Below are positions 56,527 to 64,000 of a stretch of 64,000 nucleotides of DNA, piece after piece. A program made the translations under genes and the position numbers. Positions within the stretch are counted from its first letter, which is position 1. The number at the start of each line of letters is the position of its first letter. This DNA comes from Bacillales bacterium. Its GTDB lineage: Bacteria; Bacillota_I; Bacilli_A; RFN20; CAG-826. Location: the NCBI GenBank assembly GCA_052171195.1, contig JBQMZB010000001.1, forward strand, positions 131,323 through 195,322. Direction: 5' to 3'. The notes beneath the pieces were generated by a model, which saw nothing but the letters and a program-made list of their open reading frames with translations, had not been told where the DNA came from and did not search any database.

Positions 56527-57321
56527 TTACTTAACATAATTTTGTAAAGCATAATTAACACCATGTTCATTTACAGAAAGAGTTATAAATTTTGAAACAC
56601 TTTTAACTTCTTCTCTAGCGTTACTCATTGCTATACCATTAAATCGTTTAATCATTTCATAATCATTCATACCATCACCGAAACAATAACAATCATTACG
56701 GTTAATATTTAAGTAATTAATTAAGAAATTAACACCTTCAGCTTTATCAGTTTTTTTATTAACAAATTCATGATAATAATCATTACTATCTACATAGTGA
56801 TATAAATCTTTTTCATATGAAAAATCAATATCATCGATTTTTTCAATTTCTCCTGCTATCATAATTTTTAAAATATTATCATTGTCATCGAATTTTATTT
56901 CATTAAAGTTAACTAAACCTAAATCACCATTAAAACTAGATTCAGTTTCAATCACTTTGGATAATTTATAATATCCAACTTTATCCATTGTGTAACAATA
57001 AACAGAACAACCTCTATCCTCTAACAATTTATGATATTTTTTATAGAATATATTATAATCTTTAAATTTTAATCCCTTAAAATATAATATATTACCATCA
57101 TAATCATATACAACTGCACCATTAGCGCCGATTATAAATTTTTTGCCATTAGATAATTGATCTAAATATTTTTTAATACCTAAATAAGGTCTACCACTTG
57201 CTATAGCAATAATATCACCATCTTCAAGTCTTTTATTTAATATCTTAATAGTTTCTTCATCTAATAAATCATTTTCATTAGGAATCAAGGTTCCATCAAC
57301 ATCAAATACAAGTAATTTCAT
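56527..57321 (-). CDS. HAD-superfamily Cof-type phosphatase
   Basis: 264 aa. Motif I FDVDGTL, an inserted cap domain and motif IV GDGMNDYEM. Confidence 0.75.
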   Translation of the reverse strand: MKLLVFDVDGTLIPNENDLLDEETIKILNKRLEDGDIIAIASGRPYLGIKKYLDQLSNGKKFIIGANGAVVYDYDGNILYFKGLKFKDYNIFYKKYHKLLEDRGCSVYCYTMDKVGYYKLSKVIETESSFNGDLGLVNFNEIKFDDNDNILKIMIAGEIEKIDDIDFSYEKDLYHYVDSNDYYHEFVNKKTDKAEGVNFLINYLNINRNDCYCFGDGMNDYEMIKRFNGIAMSNAREEVKSVSKFITLSVNEHGVNYALQNYVK

Positions 57322-57351
57322 ATAACAATTATAAGTTAAAATATTATAAAA

Positions 57352-57373
57352 AAAAGTATCTAACGATACTTTT
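57352..57373 (-). terminator. Rho-independent terminator directly after the small ORF
   Basis: Stem AAAAGTATC / GATACTTTT with loop TAAC. On the minus strand it starts in the stop codon and is followed by UUUUUUUU. Confidence 0.55.
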
Positions 57374-57375
57374 AA

Positions 57376-57507
57376 TTATAGGTTAAATGTATTTGGATCA
57401 ATAACTGCAACAAATTGATTAACTAATTTGTAGAACATCTTACTTCTACTTCTTGACTTGTTGGAGAAATTGTTATCATTTTTAACCTTATAAAGTAATT
57501 TTGACAT
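57376..57507 (-). CDS. Small ORF (43 aa, Lys/Arg-rich), a stand-alone unit with its own RBS and terminator
   Basis: Not in the ORF track. GAAAGGAGGAAATTT lies ahead of the ATG at 57507. It translates MSKLLYKVKNDNNFSNKSRSRSKMFYKLVNQFVAVIDPNTFNL* (TAA). A terminator follows immediately. Confidence 0.4.
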   Translation of the reverse strand: MSKLLYKVKNDNNFSNKSRSRSKMFYKLVNQFVAVIDPNTFNL

Positions 57508-57613
57508 AAATTTCCTCCTTTCTTAACATTTCTTTTACAACACAATTTATGTGTTGGTAGATTAGAATATCATTAATTTAGTAATAATCAAGAGAAAAAA
57601 ATAATATTTTTTA

Positions 57614-57627
57614 TGAAACCGTTTACA
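57614..57627. promoter_or_regulatory. cre-like CcpA operator TGAAACCGTTTACA in the asnA / small-ORF intergenic region
   Basis: Perfect match to the cre pattern TGWAANCGNTNWCA, about 100 nt upstream of the asnA ATG. Confidence 0.4.
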
Positions 57628-57730
57628 TATAATTATTAATTATATTTTAAACCCTTAAATCTATTATTTATTAAAATTATTATTATATTTTATAGAAAAT
57701 AATAATCTCTATATTATACTTATATATGTT

Positions 57731-58714
57731 ATGTATAAATCTAAGTTAAATTTAATAGATACCGAAGTAGGTATTAAACTAGTTAAAGACACTTTTGAAG
57801 CAAACCTTGCTAAAGAATTAAAACTATTAAGAGTAAGTGCTCCTTTATTTGTTAAAAAAAGTAGTGGTTTAAATGATGATCTTAATGGCGAACAACAACC
57901 AGTTTCTTTTAAAATTAAAGGTGTAAATGAAGAATTAGAAATAGTTCATTCTTTAGCTAAATGGAAAAGACTAGCGTTGAAAGTATATAATATTCCTTAT
58001 GAATCAGGTATATACACTGATATGAACGCAATAAGAAAAGAAGAAGATTTAGATAATCTTCACTCTATTTATGTTGATCAATGGGACTGGGAAAAACATA
58101 TTAAAGAAGAAGATAGAAATATTAAATATCTTAAATTAATCGTAAACAAAATTTATAAATCTATTTTAAAGACTCAAAATAAAGTATTAAGTTACTATCC
58201 TATCTTGGATAAGATTTTCCCTGATAAAGTTACATTTATAACTAGTCAAGAATTATTAAAAAAATATCCTACTTTAACCTCTGAAGAAAGAGAAAAAGAA
58301 TTTGCAAAAAAACATTTAGCTATTTTTATAATTGGTATCGGTAATAAATTGTCCAATGGCCTTTCACATGGTTCAAGAGCTCCAGATTACGATGATTGGA
58401 ATTTAAATGGTGATTTAATAATTTATTATAAAGATATAGATAAAGCTGTAGAAATAAGCTCTATGGGTATAAGAGTAGATAAAAATTCTTTATTAAATCA
58501 ATTAACAATTTCTAATAATCTAGAAAGAAAAAATATGCCTTTCCATAAATTATTATTAGAAGATAAACTTCCATTATCAATTGGCGGAGGTATCGGTCAA
58601 TCAAGATTATGTCTTCTTCTTTTAAATAAGAGACATATTGGGGAAGTACAGTCTTCAATTTGGCCAGATTATGAAATTAATAATGCTTTAAAAGAAGGAA
58701 ATAAATTATTATAA
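57731..58714 (+). CDS. asnA: Aspartate--ammonia ligase (asparagine synthetase A)
   Basis: 327 aa. Colinear with E. coli AsnA as recalled from memory: VHSLAKWKR, YVDQWDWE, ..RAPDYDDW.., SMGIRVD and GGGIGQSRL. No SD upstream and no alternative in-frame start. Confidence 0.9.
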   Translation: MYKSKLNLIDTEVGIKLVKDTFEANLAKELKLLRVSAPLFVKKSSGLNDDLNGEQQPVSFKIKGVNEELEIVHSLAKWKRLALKVYNIPYESGIYTDMNAIRKEEDLDNLHSIYVDQWDWEKHIKEEDRNIKYLKLIVNKIYKSILKTQNKVLSYYPILDKIFPDKVTFITSQELLKKYPTLTSEEREKEFAKKHLAIFIIGIGNKLSNGLSHGSRAPDYDDWNLNGDLIIYYKDIDKAVEISSMGIRVDKNSLLNQLTISNNLERKNMPFHKLLLEDKLPLSIGGGIGQSRLCLLLLNKRHIGEVQSSIWPDYEINNALKEGNKLL

Positions 58715-58715
58715 A

Positions 58716-58783
58716 TACAAAAAAACTTCAGATGGATATTGATTTTAATAAAATCAAGAAAGGAGGGTATCTGAAGTTTTTTA
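58716..58783. terminator. Bidirectional terminator-like hairpin (11-bp stem, 35-nt loop) between asnA and the convergent ABC operon
   Basis: AAACTTCAGAT (58722-58732) pairs with ATCTGAAGTTT (58768-78). An A-run precedes and a T-run follows. The loop contains an inner 7-bp palindrome GATTTTA..TAAAATC and AAGAAAGGAGGG. Confidence 0.5.
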
Positions 58784-58800
58784 TTTTATTAATTTATAAT

Positions 58801-60510
58801 CTATTTCTTTTTAAGGTATTTTGCACAGTCAATTGCAACTGCAGTAAGTATAATAATACCTTTGAAGATAAATTGAATATTAGTATCAATTTTTAGGAAG
58901 TTTAAAGCATATGTTAAAGCTGTAAAAATCAATACTCCAAAAACAGCGCCTTTAACTTTACCAACACCACCGCTGAAGGAAATTCCACCAACAACGCACG
59001 CAGCGATTGCATCTAATTCAAATCCTTGACCTGTTCCAGCACTTGTATTTGCTCTGAAAGCTTCAAAGAATGAACCAAAACCATAACAAACACCTGCTAA
59101 TAAGAATATAAATAATGTTGTTTTAAAAACATTTATTCCTGAAACACTAGCAGCTTCAGAGTTTCCTCCAACTGCGTACATATTTTTGCCGAATTTTGTT
59201 TTATTCCAGATAAACCAAATAACAAAAATTATAAGAATCATAGGAATAATAAGTTTTGGGAAAGTTAAATTGGTACCAGCAATATACCATCTTCCTCCAA
59301 TAGCGTCTTTAATACTATCATTTATGCTTCCAGCACTTGTACCTTGAGTTGCAAAGAATAATAATCCATAAATAATTAATTGAGTAGAAAGAGTAGAAAT
59401 GAATGGATGCATCTTAAACTTAGCAGTGAATACACCTGCTAATAAAGAGAATAGTGAACATAACGAGATAGATAATGTCAACGCTAATAATAATCTAAAG
59501 AACATAGGAACGGCGTCGAAATTCAATGGTGGCATATTGAAGAATCTAATAATATTATTACCATCATGTAAAATAACAGCGGTTATAACAGATCCTAAAG
59601 CAACCATACGCCCAATACTAAGGTCAGTTCCACCGATTAAAATTAATCCTGCAACACCTAAAGCATAGAACATTCTTGTAGAAGAGTTCTCTAATATATT
59701 AAATATATTTTGTAAGGTTAATAAATCTTTTTGTAATACTACTGAAGAGTAAATACAACAGAATACAAAGAATATAAGTATTGCTATATATAAACCATTA
59801 TTCATTAAGAATTTTTCCCAACTGAATTGATAAATATTTTTACGATACTTAAATTCTATATTATCTAATAAATTTACTTTACTATCTCTAATCTTCTTAA
59901 TATAGTTAAAACGGTTATTATAAACATTAAAGTTTTCAGTTTTAATTTTATTAATATGATTTTTTAATTCTTTTTTAAGATCGGCTACTAAAGATTTATA
60001 TCTTAAATTTTCAAATTTAATTTCTTCTTTTAAAGATTTTTTATTTTCTTTGTCTGATATTTTGTCATTATACTTAGAATTAATTTTCACTAAATTAGAT
60101 TTATATTCTAATAAAGCTTTTTCGAATTTTTTATCATATTCTGTTTTTAATAATTCTATATCTTTTTTAGAAAGTTCTTTAAATTCCTTTTCAAATTCTT
60201 TTGATTTAGATTTAATTTTTAAGACAGTATTTTTTTCTAATTCTTTAATTTTTTCTTTATTTTTTTCTTTAATTACTTTAGCTTTCGCTATTAATTCATT
60301 ATTTTTATTAATAAGTTTAGTTTTTGTCTCTTTATCTAAAGTTTTATTTTTCTTAATAAAAATATTTTCTTCTTTTAATTGTCTTATTTTGGTTACACCA
60401 TCTTGTCTTAATTTAACTAATTCTTCTTCATTTTTCTTAAAGATTTCATTATGAATAGGATTTATTAAATCTTTACGAGAAGATGTTTTTTTAATTTTTA
60501 AATTATCCAT
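58801..60510 (-). CDS. Sugar ABC transporter permease (RbsC/MglC-type) with a ~230-aa N-terminal coiled-coil extension
   Basis: 569 aa. The C-terminal ~340 aa are a 10-TM BPD_transp_2-type permease. The N-terminal 230 aa are Lys/Glu-rich heptad-like sequence (..KELEKNTVLKIKSKSKEFEKEFKELSKKDIELLK..). Confidence 0.7.
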   Translation of the reverse strand: MDNLKIKKTSSRKDLINPIHNEIFKKNEEELVKLRQDGVTKIRQLKEENIFIKKNKTLDKETKTKLINKNNELIAKAKVIKEKNKEKIKELEKNTVLKIKSKSKEFEKEFKELSKKDIELLKTEYDKKFEKALLEYKSNLVKINSKYNDKISDKENKKSLKEEIKFENLRYKSLVADLKKELKNHINKIKTENFNVYNNRFNYIKKIRDSKVNLLDNIEFKYRKNIYQFSWEKFLMNNGLYIAILIFFVFCCIYSSVVLQKDLLTLQNIFNILENSSTRMFYALGVAGLILIGGTDLSIGRMVALGSVITAVILHDGNNIIRFFNMPPLNFDAVPMFFRLLLALTLSISLCSLFSLLAGVFTAKFKMHPFISTLSTQLIIYGLLFFATQGTSAGSINDSIKDAIGGRWYIAGTNLTFPKLIIPMILIIFVIWFIWNKTKFGKNMYAVGGNSEAASVSGINVFKTTLFIFLLAGVCYGFGSFFEAFRANTSAGTGQGFELDAIAACVVGGISFSGGVGKVKGAVFGVLIFTALTYALNFLKIDTNIQFIFKGIIILTAVAIDCAKYLKKK

Positions 60511-60519
60511 ATCTTTCCC

Positions 60520-62013
60520 CTATAAATACATTGCAGATAGTTTTAACAATTCTTCTTGATTAGTTTTTTTACTATCAACAATTCCTGCAATCTTATGATT
60601 AGACATAACTGCAATTCTGTTAGTTATACCTAATATTTCTGGCATTTCACTTGATACAACTATAATTGTTTTACCTGCTTTTGCCATATTTATAATTAAC
60701 TGATATATTTCATATTTTGCGCCAACATCAATGCCTCTTGTAGGTTCATCTAATAAGAACACATCAGGATTTCTTTCTAACCATTTACCTATAATAACTT
60801 TTTGTTGATTTCCGCCACTTAATGAGCCAATCAAATCTTCACTTCCCATACATCTAGTATGTAGTTTATCAATCTCATTTAAAGTAGCCTCTTCCATCAA
60901 TTGTTCATTTAAAATTCCAAAACTTTTAAATTTTTCTAAGTTTGTTATACAGGTATTAAATTTTAAAGAAGCTTTAGGAAACATTCCGTTAAATTTTCTT
61001 TCTTCAGTTACAAGTGCAAAATTATAATCCATAGCATCTCTTGCACTTTTAAAATGCACTTTGTCATTTTTATAAACAATATCTCCTGAAGAAAGTTGTT
61101 TAAGTCCAAATAATGATTCTAATAATTCGCTTCTTCCTGCTCCAACTAATCCATATATACCAAAAATTTCACCTTGTTTAACATCAAATGAAATATCTTT
61201 TAAAAATGGTTCATATTTAGTAGATAAACTTTTAATAGATAATACAGTTTTGCCTGGATTATTATCTACAGGTGGAAATCTATTATCTAAAGATCTTCCA
61301 ACCATACCTTTAATTAATTCTTGCATGTTAGTGTCTTCAATTTTTTTGGTGAAAATCGTATTCCCATCTCTTAAAACACTAACTTCGTCACATATTTCAA
61401 ATATTTCATCCATTTTATGAGAAATATAAATAAATGAAACACCTTTTTCTTTTAAATTATTAACAATTTTAAATAATTTTTTAATTTCTCTTTCAGTTAA
61501 AGAAGATGTAGGTTCATCTAAAACAATAACTTTAGAATTGTAAGAAACAGCTTTTGCAATTTCTACCATCTGCCTTGATGAAACAGACATGGTTCTCATT
61601 ATACTTTTCGGATTAACATCCATATTAAACTTATTAAATAAAGACAATGATTGTTTATGCATTAAATTCTCATCAATAATTCCGTTTTTTGTAGGATATC
61701 TACCTAAAAATAAATTATCACAAACACTTCTATCAAGACATTGATTTAATTCTTGGTGAACCATTGCAACACCATTTTCTAGTGCATTTTTCGGATCTTT
61801 AAAATCAATTTCTTTGCCATTTAATAATATTTTACCTTCATCTTTACTATATATACCGAAAAGGCACTTCATCATTGTAGATTTACCAGCACCGTTTTCA
61901 CCCATTAAACCCATAACACTTCCAGGTCTAATATTTAAATTTACATTTGTTAAAACTTTATTACGACCAAAAGATTTAGAAAGATTTTTTATTTCTAAAA
62001 TATATTTATCCAT
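60520..62013 (-). CDS. Sugar ABC transporter ATP-binding protein with duplicated NBDs (MglA/RbsA-like)
   Basis: 497 aa. Two Walker A motifs (GENGAGKST, GLVGAGRSE), two signature motifs (SVSSRQMVEIAKA, LSGGNQQKVIIGKWL) and two Walker B motifs (VIVLDEPTSSL, VFLLDEPTRGID). Confidence 0.85.
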   Translation of the reverse strand: MDKYILEIKNLSKSFGRNKVLTNVNLNIRPGSVMGLMGENGAGKSTMMKCLFGIYSKDEGKILLNGKEIDFKDPKNALENGVAMVHQELNQCLDRSVCDNLFLGRYPTKNGIIDENLMHKQSLSLFNKFNMDVNPKSIMRTMSVSSRQMVEIAKAVSYNSKVIVLDEPTSSLTEREIKKLFKIVNNLKEKGVSFIYISHKMDEIFEICDEVSVLRDGNTIFTKKIEDTNMQELIKGMVGRSLDNRFPPVDNNPGKTVLSIKSLSTKYEPFLKDISFDVKQGEIFGIYGLVGAGRSELLESLFGLKQLSSGDIVYKNDKVHFKSARDAMDYNFALVTEERKFNGMFPKASLKFNTCITNLEKFKSFGILNEQLMEEATLNEIDKLHTRCMGSEDLIGSLSGGNQQKVIIGKWLERNPDVFLLDEPTRGIDVGAKYEIYQLIINMAKAGKTIIVVSSEMPEILGITNRIAVMSNHKIAGIVDSKKTNQEELLKLSAMYL

Positions 62014-62040
62014 ATCCTACCCTCCAAAATCCATAAATAT

Positions 62041-62071
62041 AACAACGGCTATTTTAAAGATAGCCGTTGTT
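62041..62071. other. Intercistronic stem-loop between the SBP and ATPase genes
   Basis: Perfect 12-bp stem AACAACGGCTAT / ATAGCCGTTGTT with a 7-nt loop. No adjacent U-run. It lies just upstream of the ATPase RBS (GGAGGG). Confidence 0.4.
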
Positions 62072-62087
62072 GCTTAAAAATAAATTT

Positions 62088-63314
<1,227 letters not shown>

Positions 63315-63366
63315 CTAATTGAATAATATCTTTATGATAATTATTACTATGCAAATATAGTATAAC

Positions 63367-63380
63367 TGAAAGCGCTTTCA
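63367..63380. promoter_or_regulatory. cre-like CcpA operator, perfect palindrome TGAAAGCGCTTTCA
   Basis: A 14-bp perfect palindrome matching the cre pattern TGWAANCGNTNWCA. It lies ~85 nt upstream of the SBP gene start, between the two SBP paralogs. Confidence 0.45.
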
Positions 63381-63424
63381 CTAAAAAATTAAAAAATCTA
63401 TAAAAATAATGTAAAAATCTACTT

Positions 63425-64000
63425 TTACAAATTATCAATTTTAATTTTTTTGCATTCTGTATATATTTTTCTAGTGTTTTTGTAAAAATTATATTTAAAA
63501 TTATTTATATCAATTTCTTCGTTTCTAATTAATTTATCAATTAATAATGTAATTGCGTCAACTTGTGTAATAGCGTCATTATAAATTGTTCCGTACATTA
63601 ATTTATCTTGAATAGCTTTTTTACCAACTTCTGTTCCATCCACTCCTATTATCGGGAAAGGTTGATCTAATACATTGTTAATTTCTTTTGTAAAAATATT
63701 ATTTTCTATTAAAAAATCTATAGCTCCCAAAGCCATATCATCATTATTAGACAATATTAACTCTATTTTATTTTTAAAATTATTATAATTCTTTTTGAAA
63801 AAATAATATGATTGTTCTCTATTCCAGTTACAAACAACTGTCTGAAGTACTTCTACATTAAAATTATTTTTAGTTAATCCTTCTATACAATATTTACTTC
63901 GTTGCTCGCTATCTTGATGACCTTGTTCACCTTTCAATAATAATATTTGAATGATGTTGTCATTATTCTTATCAAATTTTTTATTTAAATTATAAGGATT
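63425..64000 (-). CDS. Partial CDS (C-terminal part): second MglB/RbsB-like sugar-binding protein, N-terminus beyond the window end
   Basis: The frame is open from the stop at 63425 to the window edge. The track's 'M' at 63937 is actually TTG-Leu with 21 more open codons upstream. Carries ..SNNDDMALGAIDFLIENN..IIGVDGTEVGKKAIQDKLMYGTIYNDA.., which parallels the C-terminal half of the 62088-63284 SBP. Confidence 0.55.
   Translation of the reverse strand, partial: NPYNLNKKFDKNNDNIIQILLLKGEQGHQDSEQRSKYCIEGLTKNNFNVEVLQTVVCNWNREQSYYFFKKNYNNFKNKIELILSNNDDMALGAIDFLIENNIFTKEINNVLDQPFPIIGVDGTEVGKKAIQDKLMYGTIYNDAITQVDAITLLIDKLIRNEEIDINNFKYNFYKNTRKIYTECKKIKIDNL

Noticed and set aside
57514-57730. Possible T-box or other riboswitch in the long asnA leader
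   Set aside because: There is no T-box consensus (AGGGTGGNACCGCG-like) and no GC-rich conserved stems. The region is almost pure A/T, so only the cre match is reported.
62041-62071. Classical intrinsic terminator after the SBP gene
   Set aside because: The perfect 12-bp stem is not followed by a U-run on either strand. It is reported only as an intercistronic stem-loop, possibly for partial attenuation or mRNA stability.
63425-63937. Track ORF 63425..63937 as a complete 170-aa protein
   Set aside because: The 'start' is a TTG. The frame stays open for all 21 codons up to the window edge. The sequence is the C-terminal half of an MglB-like SBP, so it is a partial gene.

Overview
This is a strongly AT-rich chromosomal window (GC not computed; it looks low by eye) from a low-GC Gram-positive or Mollicutes-related bacterium. 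It uses the standard genetic code: TGA is a stop, as seen in the conserved ATGA junction between the exonuclease gene and recU, and long conserved genes carry no internal TGA.

Local gene order resembles Bacillus. The pairs gpsB-rnpB, dnaD-nth, der-cmk and the hit / yhaM / PrsA-like lipoprotein neighbourhood are all present. Many genes encode lipoproteins with L-x-x-C lipoboxes, and there is a monoglucosyldiacylglycerol-synthase-like GT4 glycosyltransferase. Together these point to an Acholeplasma- or Erysipelotrichia-like organism.

I call about 65 CDS, an RNase P RNA (rnpB, minus strand near the window start), two tRNAs with encoded CCA (Lys-CUU and Gln-CUG), several rho-independent terminators, three cre-like CcpA operator candidates and one candidate Mn2+ (yybP-ykoY) riboswitch. 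I saw no transposases, phage genes, CRISPR arrays or rRNA.

The main gene content is:
- a DNA-maintenance cluster (DEDDh exonuclease, recU, nth, dnaD-like, a truncated CCA-adding enzyme, hup);
- one long minus-strand array der-cmk-parB-parA-rsmG-mnmG-sufBUSDC;
- two PrsA-like lipoproteins;
- hit, yhaM, a GT4 gene plus a flippase-like membrane protein, rnj-maf, and spx with a Cys-rich tail;
- a 9-gene operon combining a sugar-type ABC importer with an SNase-type surface nuclease and an OB-fold lipoprotein;
- a block of unknown membrane proteins next to a PMCA-like P-type ATPase;
- prs, a coupled CrtI-like flavoprotein plus an FNR/2Fe-2S reductase, galE, hpt, a macro-domain protein plus a GltD-like protein, a MATE pump and asnA;
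- a second (MglB/A/C-like) sugar ABC transporter running off the 3' end of the window.

The observations most worth follow-up are:
- the nuclease-associated ABC operon;
- the ParB homolog that has lost the GERRxRA CTP-binding box;
- the head-and-neck-only CCA enzyme;
- the Cys4-tailed Spx;
- the membrane-anchored EIIB-like domain with no phosphorylatable Cys;
- two large-loop hairpins that share a GAAAGGAGG loop motif;
- the riboswitch candidate.

All calls come from reading the sequence and ORF translations. No database search was possible.
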